Translations under genes and position numbers: made by a program
In this document: piece by piece, positions 19,622-29,566 of the stretch
How the letters are laid out: each line of letters starts with the position of its first letter
Numbering within the stretch: position 1 is the first letter of the stretch
Assembly: GCA_024181965.1 (NCBI GenBank)
Contig: BQXS01010833.1
Coordinates: 1 to 33,091, forward strand
Origin: Aduncisulcus paluster
Lineage: Eukaryota
Reading direction: 5' to 3'
Length of the DNA: 33,091 nt
The notes under the pieces: generated by a model
Databases searched by the model: none
Told to the model about the DNA's origin: nothing
What the model saw: only the letters and a program-made list of their open reading frames with translations

Positions 19622-22600
19622 TCATTCACCATAAGCAAACCCATTTTTACCTCTGATAATAAATTCTCTTCCAAGTAGCTTATCGACGGCTTTCTTGACA
19701 AATTTCTTCCCTTCTTCTCCATATTTTAACTTGACAACACTTATTAACTGGGTCATAGGTATTGAATTCCCTGTATTCTTTTTCAATAAATTCATAATAC
19801 ACGCTTCAACACAGCTCTGTCCAAGACAAGGGTAAATCTTGCTCGCTGACGATGAATCGGCGCTTATCTTATCTATTTCCTTGCTAAATAATGATTTTCT
19901 CTGGATATGCGAATCTCCTTCCTTCATTTTCTCTTTCGTTTCCTCTTCTTTTTCAAGTTCAAACGTCTGAGGAGGACTTTGGATAATTCTGACTTGAGAA
20001 AGTCCAATGTCATCATTAAAACCATACCACATAAATGCTGGGGCATCATGACTCACACGATCCTCCTCCTCCTCTTCTTCTTTCTTTCCTTCTTTTAAAA
20101 CGATGCATTGAATGACATTATTATATAATAAATCATTTAAAATCGATGGAAGCTCGTCATATGATATTCCTGTGGCACGAGATAGATCCTGAATGGACGA
20201 TACATGCTCAATATGCATAAGAACAAGAGCGAAAAGAACATTACAAACAATGGATATTGGTTTCCCTGTCTTTGGAATATACCTTTCGAGAACAACAGTT
20301 CCGAAATCCCAACATACGTGTAATCTCTTCTTTTTCCATTTCTTATGCATCCCATTGGCTATTATACTCTCTACTTTTCCTTTAACAGCATGTGGAATCC
20401 TAAGACGATCGGCAGAGGGAGATATACCCATCCACGCGGCACTATTCAACACCCGAAGGTCAACCTCTTCATTTCCGTCTCCCTCTCTCTTCTCCTCTCC
20501 TTTCTCTTCGTCCTTTTGCTTGGATACTACCTCTGATTGTGACCATCTCTCTTCCTTTTCTTGAATATCGGCTAACATCCTTTCCTCCTTAGTAATATAA
20601 GTTCCGCCACAAATATCTTTAATGCAAGCAATAACTCTCTTCTCTCCTTCCAGAGCACATCCGTCAAGTAATCGATGAGCAAGGAAAATTCGGTTGCATT
20701 CTAAAAATATCTTCTTTGAACCCAGCATCTCGAACAGTTTCATCAGAATAAACAAACGGGCACCGGAAGTGGGTTTCCCATGGCGCAATGATTGCTCACG
20801 AAGCTCAATGTCAAGATGTGCAGCAAAACATGCAGCCAGGGAGTCAGGTCGTTCTCGAAGTATTGACGAAAGTGTCCGATTGACTTCTTTCAAGGCATTT
20901 CGATCGACTATAGATCCCGTGGAGGTGGTGAGTGAACCACTAGAACCTCCAGAGCTCAGGAAAGACACTCGAACATGTCTTAAAGCAGCCGTCGCAAGAC
21001 GAATGATTGTTGCACTCACAATTCCTGGCGTAGTCTGACTGGAAGCAGGGGAAGAGAGCGAAGAATAGGGTGATGATATGGTTGGAATCTCTCCAGAAGA
21101 ACCATGGAAATAAGAGCCAGATGTTGGGTTGAAAGACGAAGAAGCAGAAGAAGCGGAGCCACTCGTTATGATATCATCCTTGGAGTCGTAACCATTAGCA
21201 TTGAATGATTTTCTGGAGTGTGGTAACGTAAGTTGAGTTCGGAATAATGAGCGGGCACTATTGGTCTTCTTCACAGTTTCAGCACAATTGGGAGGAAGCA
21301 AACACACAACCGAGAGAAGGAGTTTTTTGAGTAGAATACAGTATAACGATAAGGACTCTCCATAACCATGATAAGCAACAGATACATGAGAATAAAATGC
21401 ATGAAGTTTCTCATATCTAAAAATAGAACACAATGAATCGTCACCACTGCTTGTTAACATTGAAGAAGAGCCTGAAGCTGAGGCTGTTTGGCCGATAGAT
21501 GCAGCCCTTTTTCTCTCCTTCTCAGCTCTGATCATTCCCTGTACAGCCGTGAGGGGAGCGTATTGCATTGAAATGCATATGGATTTGCACAAACAGATGT
21601 CACACAGAGGTGGAGGTGTCAACAAAGCCAGCGAGACAGCCAGAGAGAGGGGGAGAGAGAGGTGAGGGAGGGTCAGTAATGAGAGATGAATGGAAGAGAA
21701 GAGTGACGGAGCAAGAGAAGAGAGAGAAGAAGGGAAGGATTCAGGACTTGGGGGGGTCATAAGAAAACGATCTTCTGAATCATTCGAATCTGAGGACTTT
21801 GTTTCTGATAGAGGGCGACGTTCTCCAATCATAAATATCATCAATATGTGTGCGATTGTGCAAAGAAGAAGAATCGTACGGTCGATACATTGTAATGTCA
21901 AAAATATTGATTCCTCGTCCGATGAAGGATTTGGATTGATCTTAGGTCTTGGAATTGTCGAGTCTTTATGCAGTTTTTGCAGGCGTAACTTCTCAATCCT
22001 CTTTGCTTCCTCTTCTTTTTGCCTTGCTTCGACGTAATTGGTCATTGGAGTGTATCCTCGGATCACTTTCGAAGAGATCACTTTCGCAACTGACGTGAAC
22101 CATCCTTCTTTTTGCTGTTTTTGTTGCATTTTCTTCTCGGATGTGGCATGCACATCTTCTCCAGTAACTATTGTGAATATGGGATTAATATGGGCTTCAA
22201 TGAATTTTTTACAATACCTATCGAGGGACTTAGCTAAAATAGCAATGGAAGGTGATAGAGCATTCATTTGAGAGAGAATAATGAAATAATGGGGCAATAT
22301 CTGAAATTCTGGACTTTCAACCTCTTTAATAAATGATGGATAATCAACATTGGCGTAATATTCCAATTTATCAAGAGTATTACCAAGAATAGCATTGAAA
22401 AAGTTGCAAATGGATATCTCTCTCCCGTCGATCTTTTCACTCGCTAAATATGTCTTCTCTCCAAATACAGAGAGTAAATATGCACATGATATCTGAGGAT
22501 AGGCAGTTCCTGCAATGACTTCAAATAATTTGGCTGTTTTCTTGAATGTAAAATAAAATGAAACGAGAAACTGGTATATTTCTTTCTTCGAAAAGATAGA

Positions 22601-22705
22601 TATGTCAGTAGTGGTTGTCATGAGTTTAGAAACTTTGTTTCTAAAAGTTTTACCGATTTGAACACAAAGATTATCAACCGATGTTAAATTAAATTTACGA
22701 TTCAT
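19622..22705 (-). CDS. Divergent cullin-family protein, about 1027 aa
   Basis: Cullin homology motifs KKIFLECNRIFLAHRLL, EKRVIACIKDICGGTYITKEERMLADI, LRVLNSAAW, RLHVCWDFGTVVL, and C-terminal winged-helix/neddylation region VEACIMNLLKK...KKAVDKLLGREFIIR. First in-frame ATG 22705; frame is open further upstream so a 5' exon is possible. Confidence 0.85.
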   Translation of the reverse strand: MNRKFNLTSVDNLCVQIGKTFRNKVSKLMTTTTDISIFSKKEIYQFLVSFYFTFKKTAKLFEVIAGTAYPQISCAYLLSVFGEKTYLASEKIDGREISICNFFNAILGNTLDKLEYYANVDYPSFIKEVESPEFQILPHYFIILSQMNALSPSIAILAKSLDRYCKKFIEAHINPIFTIVTGEDVHATSEKKMQQKQQKEGWFTSVAKVISSKVIRGYTPMTNYVEARQKEEEAKRIEKLRLQKLHKDSTIPRPKINPNPSSDEESIFLTLQCIDRTILLLCTIAHILMIFMIGERRPLSETKSSDSNDSEDRFLMTPPSPESFPSSLSSLAPSLFSSIHLSLLTLPHLSLPLSLAVSLALLTPPPLCDICLCKSICISMQYAPLTAVQGMIRAEKERKRAASIGQTASASGSSSMLTSSGDDSLCSIFRYEKLHAFYSHVSVAYHGYGESLSLYCILLKKLLLSVVCLLPPNCAETVKKTNSARSLFRTQLTLPHSRKSFNANGYDSKDDIITSGSASSASSSFNPTSGSYFHGSSGEIPTISSPYSSLSSPASSQTTPGIVSATIIRLATAALRHVRVSFLSSGGSSGSLTTSTGSIVDRNALKEVNRTLSSILRERPDSLAACFAAHLDIELREQSLRHGKPTSGARLFILMKLFEMLGSKKIFLECNRIFLAHRLLDGCALEGEKRVIACIKDICGGTYITKEERMLADIQEKEERWSQSEVVSKQKDEEKGEEKREGDGNEEVDLRVLNSAAWMGISPSADRLRIPHAVKGKVESIIANGMHKKWKKKRLHVCWDFGTVVLERYIPKTGKPISIVCNVLFALVLMHIEHVSSIQDLSRATGISYDELPSILNDLLYNNVIQCIVLKEGKKEEEEEEDRVSHDAPAFMWYGFNDDIGLSQVRIIQSPPQTFELEKEEETKEKMKEGDSHIQRKSLFSKEIDKISADSSSASKIYPCLGQSCVEACIMNLLKKNTGNSIPMTQLISVVKLKYGEEGKKFVKKAVDKLLGREFIIRGKNGFAYGE

Positions 22706-22906
22706 GGTCAATACGCACAAAATGTTTGAATGATCGATGATGCTCTTGTCTAGCAAAAGTATCAATTAAAAAAGTTACACTTACTAATAAAATATAATAT
22801 TTTTCTTTTGGATCTATTTTATCGTGAGGTTTTGATACCCAAAAAAAACGACTCGTTTTTTCCGTTCGGAACGGCTTTTTGGTGCATCCAGAACATAAAA
22901 ATACAT

Positions 22907-23962
22907 ATGAGATATAATTTATTTAAATTGGTTGTTTTTGGTTTCATTATAACCCTTGTAATGTGCGATTTGCGGACTATTTCAAACAATATCATGATAG
23001 TCGCTCCCGGTGGTCAATTTAACTCTGAAGACACTTCCTCCGCAGATGAAAACACTTCAGAAGCCATTTATAATTCCGTTGTTGCCGGTATTGATTCCGT
23101 ACAGGTTGATATTAGGATTACACGTGATAAAGTTCCTGTTCTCTTTCGTTATTCAGATCTTTCTTATGGATCAACTTGTAGTGGTGCCGTTGAAGATACT
23201 AATTATGAAGATTTGGAAAATTGCCTTACTCCTAAACAGAAATTATTCATTCCTTCTTTTGCTGATGCTATCACTCAAATCAATGCTGGCATCAGCGATG
23301 GAGGTGAAAATGTCACAGCCATTAGTATTGTCATGAATTTTCCTGAGAAGAATGAAGATGTTTACAACGCTGTCGCCGATGTGATCAAAGATGCCGATTA
23401 TGATGTCCAATATTTCTTGGCTATCTTCCAAGATCTTGATGACATTGATTCAGCTAAAGATCTGCTCCCTAAGAGGTGCTCTTTCCAAATTTATTCGGAT
23501 ATTTCGTTTGATTCCTCTTTCATGGACAAAATTAGTGACGATCAAGTCAGAGGAATTGTACTCGATGCCAATGGTATTACTTTCGATTTTCTTACCATTG
23601 CCCATCGTAATGGGTTCTCTCTTTGGGCTAATAATGTCAGTGATGAGAAAATTGCCAATCAGATGATTGATCTTGGAGTTAACGGTTTGATTTCTACAAA
23701 TTGCCAACGTACAATGGAAACCGTCGAAAGTCTTAGATATTATATTAATTCAGATGATTACTCCCAGTCTCAGGGCCGTACTATTACTCTTCTGGTCATT
23801 GTTTCAATAATTACTGCATTTGCTATTGCTTTCTTGGTTATTTCCATGATCAATTTCTTTTCTGCCTCCACAGAGGGTAAACAAAACAAAATTGAGATTG
23901 AAACTGAAACTTCTCCATTAGTTGAACAAGAAAAGGAAGTTTCTGGTGATGAAGCTGTGTAA
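22907..23962 (+). CDS. Glycerophosphodiester phosphodiesterase (GDPD)-fold type I membrane protein, probably catalytically inactive, 351 aa
   Basis: Signal peptide MRYNLFKLVVFGFIITLVMC; GDPD pattern ENTSEAIYNSVVAGIDSVQVDIRITRDKVPVLF, IPSFADAI, AHRNG...LGVNGLISTN; C-terminal TM ITLLVIVSIITAFAIAFLVISMI with acidic tail. Confidence 0.85.
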   Translation: MRYNLFKLVVFGFIITLVMCDLRTISNNIMIVAPGGQFNSEDTSSADENTSEAIYNSVVAGIDSVQVDIRITRDKVPVLFRYSDLSYGSTCSGAVEDTNYEDLENCLTPKQKLFIPSFADAITQINAGISDGGENVTAISIVMNFPEKNEDVYNAVADVIKDADYDVQYFLAIFQDLDDIDSAKDLLPKRCSFQIYSDISFDSSFMDKISDDQVRGIVLDANGITFDFLTIAHRNGFSLWANNVSDEKIANQMIDLGVNGLISTNCQRTMETVESLRYYINSDDYSQSQGRTITLLVIVSIITAFAIAFLVISMINFFSASTEGKQNKIEIETETSPLVEQEKEVSGDEAV

Positions 23963-24502
23963 TTCATTAATTATTAGGCTGGGCTTTCCTCTTCCTCTTT
24001 CAAAACAAAATGCGAGTGAATTGATGACTAAATTCTATTTTCATACCCCAAACTAAGAAAAGAATAAAAAATAAGGTGGTTCTATGACTTTTAAACAATG
24101 TTTAATAAACATGACTGTGCAAAATCTGTATTTAATGAATAAAATTTCAATGTGCACAAGGAAATGGATAAATAGAGTATAAACGTTACAAAATGACAAA
24201 AGAGCCATCTCAACACTTTTCAAAATAAGATCCAAATTGAATAGGCAAATTTGGACATTTCGTTACATTAGATACAATATTTGGATTGAATTCCTGATTT
24301 CAAGTATGTTCTTCTATCTTAAGTTGTATTTTTTTTTTATAATTCATTATTTTATACCTTTTTTAATGGCAAATATCTCGAATCGATCTCAAAGCTTTCT
24401 TTCATAAGTCCACATCCAATTGTACCTTTATCGCTCATTACTTTCAATTTGTAGCTTCAATTAATTGGTTTTCATCCGTATTTTTGATAGAATATCATTA
24501 TT

Positions 24503-25591
24503 ATGGGAAAGAGAAAACATAAATCGAGATACAAGCCTAAAAAAGACACCAAGAATTCCTCTTCTGCATCTAATTTGATACTAACTAATTTGATTCCAGA
24601 GTATGTTCTTGCAGGAAATCCACACTTCATTCCAATCCCTCGAGATATCCCAAGTATAAAGAATCCAGACTTTCATAAAATCCAAGCAAGGAATACTACC
24701 TTGGATGAAACTGACATATGGTATGATCAGAGTTCTTATGCTCAAGATATGATGAAAGGAGGATACAATTTTGGACAATTTACTCATATTTCCATTCCAT
24801 TCTCCTCATCTTCTCCAATTAAGGGTGCTTATATCTGTCTATTTTGGCTGAAATATCTTGAGTTATCATATCCATCACATCTTATCTTCACCTTTACATC
24901 GTTAGAGGAGGAAATTATTTCATTCAAATATGAGTTTCTCCAGTTTCGTGATTATAACTGGTTCCTCCTTCCCATTGATCTTTCTGATGTTGTTTTTTGT
25001 GAAATTACTGGAAAAGGATGTGTTACAGAATTTTTTAAAATATCTTCTCTGGTGTTTTTCCAGGAACAAAGCCCAGAAGAAATGATATTACGAGAAGAAA
25101 TTGAGAAATTATGGTGTAGAGCTCCAATTGTAACGCCTGAGTTTATTAAGGAAGGAGAGATAGAATCTATTCCCATTTCTCGAAAAGATCCAAGCATTAT
25201 AAATCCTTTTTTCACAATGGTTATGGGAAAAGATGATACATATTGTAAGGAATCTAAACAGTATGATCAAAGCGTCAATGTGCAAGAAATGTTGAAAGGA
25301 AAAGATTTTGTCCAATTGACCTATATTTCCATCCCTTTCCCGCCGAGTCATCTAAAAGGTGCGTATATATGTGTATATAATGATTTTTTCCCGTCTCTTC
25401 TCTTCACTTTCACCGATTGCAGTGGTAAAAAAATATACAAGAAGTATGAACTGAGACCAAAACATGAATATGAATGGTTCTTCCTTCCTATTGATATTAT
25501 GAATATTATAATGTGTGAAATTGAAGTGAAGGAAATATGGGAAGAAAGGTGTCGAAATTTCTGTATCCATTCCCTTGTTTTTACCTCTTAG
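24503..25591 (+). CDS. Hypothetical protein with two tandem copies of a ~160-aa lineage-specific domain
   Basis: Internal repeat: PEYV..G...IPIPRD..I.NP.F / PEFI..G...IPISRKD..IINP.F; YDQS...Q.M.KG; ISIPF...KGAYIC; L.FTFT; WF.LPID...CEI..K; F.I.SLVF. Confidence 0.85.
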   Translation: MGKRKHKSRYKPKKDTKNSSSASNLILTNLIPEYVLAGNPHFIPIPRDIPSIKNPDFHKIQARNTTLDETDIWYDQSSYAQDMMKGGYNFGQFTHISIPFSSSSPIKGAYICLFWLKYLELSYPSHLIFTFTSLEEEIISFKYEFLQFRDYNWFLLPIDLSDVVFCEITGKGCVTEFFKISSLVFFQEQSPEEMILREEIEKLWCRAPIVTPEFIKEGEIESIPISRKDPSIINPFFTMVMGKDDTYCKESKQYDQSVNVQEMLKGKDFVQLTYISIPFPPSHLKGAYICVYNDFFPSLLFTFTDCSGKKIYKKYELRPKHEYEWFFLPIDIMNIIMCEIEVKEIWEERCRNFCIHSLVFTS

Positions 25592-25977
25592 ATGATGTTC
25601 TTGTTGCTGACTATTTATCTCTTCTTCCTTGGGAAGATGAAGAGGAGGATGAAGAAAATAGCGAATAATAATAATTTGCATATTACCATGATAAAATATC
25701 GGTTCGAGCCCTTAGAGAGAGCTTTTATTGTTATGGTGTCTGATAAAATGTCTCCAAATGGTTTTATACCAGGCATATTACCATTGGAATTGGCCAATTA
25801 AAGAGACATGATATCGGACTCCAATCCAATATATATTATAAACGTAAAATGGACACTTATTTACTAAAAGACAAAGTATAACTCAGTTAACTTTCAAATT
25901 CTAACTTTGAAAGAAGTTCTAGAGGAAAAAGTTCTAGAGATTTTTCGAATTGATTTGATTATGATTGTTTGTGATGA

Positions 25978-26890
25978 TCACATGACAATGGTTGGAGAAA
26001 CATTCTCGCCTCCTGGTCCATGAACGGCTTCTTTGACATATTTGAGACACCTTTTCCTTTCAACGGCACTGGGTGGTTTCACTCCTTCAAGAATATACTC
26101 CAGGCCCATTTCCTTCCACTTTTTCTTTCCAAGAGTATGGTAAGGCAATAATTCTACTCTCTGGAAATTCTCATTTCCCTTATTTTTCAATATATACTTG
26201 ACCATTAAATCTAAACTCTCATCATCTGTTGTATAACCTGGAATAAGGACATATTGTAACCATACTTTGACACCACGGGAGATGCAGAGCTCAATAAACT
26301 GAAGAGACCTGTCAAGACCATCTGCACGGGCAAGTTTCTTGTACATATCACGATCAAAATGCTTAACACACACGATAGCAAAATCTGAGTGAGGGATAAC
26401 ACTTTCCCAGGAAGCACGGCTTCCAATTCCACTTGTGGCAATACAAGTGGTTAAGCCAATATCGTGAACTCGTTGGAAAAGCTTGGCCACAAATTTATGT
26501 TGCAACAAAGGATCACCACCAGACACAGAAACTCCACCTGGATAGGTCTTCAAAAAGGGCTTTTTACGTTCAATATCTTTCATGAGGTGATCAACTGTGG
26601 TTTCTTTTCCTGAAGTTAAACATAAAGTATCAGGATTGCAACAGAATATACAACGGAGAGCACACCCTGTAAGGAAAATTAAGTAACGCATACCAGGTCC
26701 ATCAACAGCTGACATACTTTCAATAGAATGGACATATGCAGCATCACCAGTAGAAATAAGACTCTTTGTTTTTGGTTCTTGTCTTTCTACCCTGCAGAAT
26801 GAAATATGAGAATACATTCAATATATAAAATAAAGAAAGGCATTAATCCACATACACAACTTCTTCCACATCATAGGAACTAATTTCCAT
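25978..26890 (-). CDS. pflA: Pyruvate formate-lyase activating enzyme (glycyl-radical enzyme activase, radical SAM), 282 aa; exons 26890-26856 and 26791-25978
   Basis: VHSIES..AVDGPGMRY.IFL.GC.LRC.FC.NPDT (CxxxCxxC), GGVSVSGGDPLLQ, YVLIPGYT, VELLPYHTLGKKKW...Y.L..VKPP, collinear with bacterial PflA. Splicing gives MEISSYDVEEVV-VERQEP in frame. Confidence 0.93.
26792..26855 (-). other. Spliceosomal intron (64 nt, phase 2) in the PFL activase gene
   Basis: GT|GTATGT...AT-rich...TTCTGCAG|G; removal joins ATG 26890 to the PflA frame. Confidence 0.85.
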
Positions 26891-27412
26891 CAATTTTTTC
26901 TGCGTACAAAGTTTAAATAACGCTGATCTTTTTTGATTGTGATTCAAATAGAATCAGGTTGAAATATGAAATTAGAAAACCACAAATTCAGATGGAAAAA
27001 CAGCAATGAAATCTTTTTAAACTTATTTTATTATCAGATTTTATGTGTAAAATCCAACTATAAATTCATTAAACAACGAGATTGGAGGAGAAACATCTCT
27101 GAGGCGGAAAAAAAAGATTTACCATCAGTTATGGGATTTTATCAAGTTTTCATTTGAATGAAAAGCAAAAAAGCTTGATTGATATTGTTATTATAGAAAC
27201 AAAAGGGGATATTTGAAGAATTTCTGGATTGTTGGGTTTGGATAAAATAATAGCTTTGTTACTTGTTTCATATGGATTTATTCTGAATAAATAGTCGTCG
27301 AACGATTTCAATTGGATGATTTATTAATGGATTATTGCTTTAGATTTTGTTCTATCTTTAGATCTCGAGAAAGAAGTAGAAAGGAAAAAGCTCTAATTGT
27401 CTCAAGAGCAGG

Positions 27413-27831
27413 ATGAGTGTATGTTATATTTATTAAATTGTTATTGTAGTTCTTGTGTTTGTATAATTATCCCTTTATTCATTGTCTATATCTCTTTGTA
27501 CTTTCTTCTATGATTATTCGTCTTTTCTACTGTTTTCTTAATGATATTCTTATTTATCTTGTCTTTACATTGATTATTTTTTCGTGGGATATATAAAATT
27601 TTATTATTTTACTTTTTGATTATGCTATTATTATAGGACGAGTCTGAAGCCAAGATTGCCCGTGTTACTGACGTTTTCAACCGTACTGGTTCTCGTGGTG
27701 GTGTTACTCAGGTTAAAGTTGAGATCGTTGACACCCAGAGATCCCTCATCAGGAATGTTGTTGGTCCCGTTCGTGTTGGTGACTCCCTTATTCTCATGGA
27801 ATCTGAGCGTGAGGCCCGTAGATTGCGGTAA
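27413..27831 (+). CDS. RPS28: 40S ribosomal protein S28 (eS28), 66 aa; exons 27413-27418 and 27637-27831
   Basis: [66 protein letters not shown]; eS28 signatures [28 protein letters not shown]. Not in the ORF track. Confidence 0.97.
27419..27636 (+). other. Spliceosomal intron (218 nt, phase 0) after codon 2 of RPS28
   Basis: ATG AGT|GTATGT...very T-rich...TTATAG|GAC; exon 2 has no N-terminal ATG of its own. Confidence 0.88.
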
Positions 27832-28087
27832 ATAAATATCTCCTGATCAATTTTGATTTTGTGAATAATACATATATGCTAGTAAACTTAGACCCAATAC
27901 TATTCTCTGAATCCAGGCCAGCCAACATCACACCTGTGATGATCAAAATGATTCTTTAAAACTTTCACAAATATTTTTAATTTTTTTTCTATTCTCAATT
28001 GCACTTTAACGTTGAAATCATGTTTGAATTGCAGTAATATCTTCCAGGTTATGAGCCACGAAAAATTTCTTTATTTCTTGACCAACA

Positions 28088-29566
28088 ATGTCAGACTCAG
28101 CAGAAAGACCTTGGATAACTACTTTAAAACCCATTTTAAAACTTCTTCCTGAGGTTGAAGCTCCAACTAAACAAGTGGCATTAATAGAGAGATGTATTTG
28201 GACTTTAGTCACTCTACTGATTTATTTAATTGCTGGTCAAATCCCATTATATGGTGTTTTGAATACAGATAAAGATTATTTACAGTGGCTCAGGACGCTC
28301 ATGGCTGCCAATCGCGGGACGCTGACTGAATTAGGTATGGGTCCACAAATGATGGGTCAAATGTTTACAACTGTCCTATCTAGACTTGGAGTCATTGGAG
28401 TTAATCGTCATATTCCTTCAGAACGTGCTGCTCTCATTTCATTGAACAAACTGGCTTCATTGGGTTTTACAACTATTCAAGCTTCTGTCCAAGTATATGC
28501 TGGAATGTATGGTCCTTTCGCATCCATTGGTATTGGAAAAGCTTGTTTAATTGTTGCTCAACTGGTTTTTGCTTCCTTGTTAGTTATGCTCCTATCAGAG
28601 ATCTTGGAGAAAGGTTGGGGTCTTGGAAAGATTATTGGAGCTTCATTATTCCAAACTGCAAATGTATGTGAGCAGATTATGTCCAAAACTGTTTCTTTTG
28701 CATACCAGAGTGGAACTGAAAGAGGTACTGAGTATACTGGTTGTCTCATAAACCTTGGTCACAAGTTAATGACACAGAAAAACTGGAAACATGCTCTTCA
28801 TGACGCCTTTTTCCGGTCTCACTTGCCAAATATGACTGAGTTTGTGTGCACCGTTCTTTTGTTCGGTTTAATTATCTTTTTCCATGGTATGCAATCCTCA
28901 ATTCGTCTCAAGAAGGCCAATGCTCCCGGAAGAAGTGGTTTAATATCATATCCCATTAAATTATTGAGCGGAACGGGTACTCCTGCCCTTATTTACCAGA
29001 CCATCACCACATACTTCCTTTCCTTCTCTCAGAGGCTCTTCCACCAGCTTGGAACCTCCTCTTCTTCTGCCTCTCGGTTGGTCGCCTCTCTTGTTGGAAC
29101 ATGGGAACAAGCTGAAGATACAATTGGCTCAAAACCCATGGCCTATCCCACTGGTGGTCTTGCTTATTTCATTACCCCGCCTTCATCAATCCACTCTGCA
29201 ATCATGCACCCTCTTCACTTCCTCGGATATCTTGTTCTTACTTGCATTTGTAGTGCCTATCTAAGTAAGTTTTGGGCCAAATTCCAGGGACAAGATGTCA
29301 ACAATGTTCGCAGAGAATTGAGTCAAAGTGGTCTGATGATGCCTGGAATGAGGCTTCAAATGTTCACAAAGGTGCTTTCAAGATACATTACACCCGCTAT
29401 CATTGTTGGAGGTGGACTCTATGGTCTAATCACAACTCTCTCAGGTGTATGTGGATGTTTTGGTGGTGGTAGTGGATTGTTTATAGCCACAAATACAATT
29501 CTTAAGTTGTATGAGGAGGGTATGGAAGTTCATAAGGCTGATCTCAAGGAGAGGAAGGCTATATAA
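28088..29566 (+). CDS. SEC61A: Sec61 alpha subunit (SecY family), divergent, 492 aa
   Basis: LLPEVEAP, QIPLYG, ANRGTLTELG, LLSEILEKGWGLG, TERGTEYTG, FFRSHLPN, YPIKL, PTGGLAYFITPP, LSRYITPA; about 10 hydrophobic segments. Confidence 0.93.
   Translation: MSDSAERPWITTLKPILKLLPEVEAPTKQVALIERCIWTLVTLLIYLIAGQIPLYGVLNTDKDYLQWLRTLMAANRGTLTELGMGPQMMGQMFTTVLSRLGVIGVNRHIPSERAALISLNKLASLGFTTIQASVQVYAGMYGPFASIGIGKACLIVAQLVFASLLVMLLSEILEKGWGLGKIIGASLFQTANVCEQIMSKTVSFAYQSGTERGTEYTGCLINLGHKLMTQKNWKHALHDAFFRSHLPNMTEFVCTVLLFGLIIFFHGMQSSIRLKKANAPGRSGLISYPIKLLSGTGTPALIYQTITTYFLSFSQRLFHQLGTSSSSASRLVASLVGTWEQAEDTIGSKPMAYPTGGLAYFITPPSSIHSAIMHPLHFLGYLVLTCICSAYLSKFWAKFQGQDVNNVRRELSQSGLMMPGMRLQMFTKVLSRYITPAIIVGGGLYGLITTLSGVCGCFGGGSGLFIATNTILKLYEEGMEVHKADLKERKAI

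Noticed and set aside
27419-27636. Intronic snoRNA in the long RPS28 intron
   Set aside because: No box C/D pair or H/ACA hairpins visible; simply T-rich.
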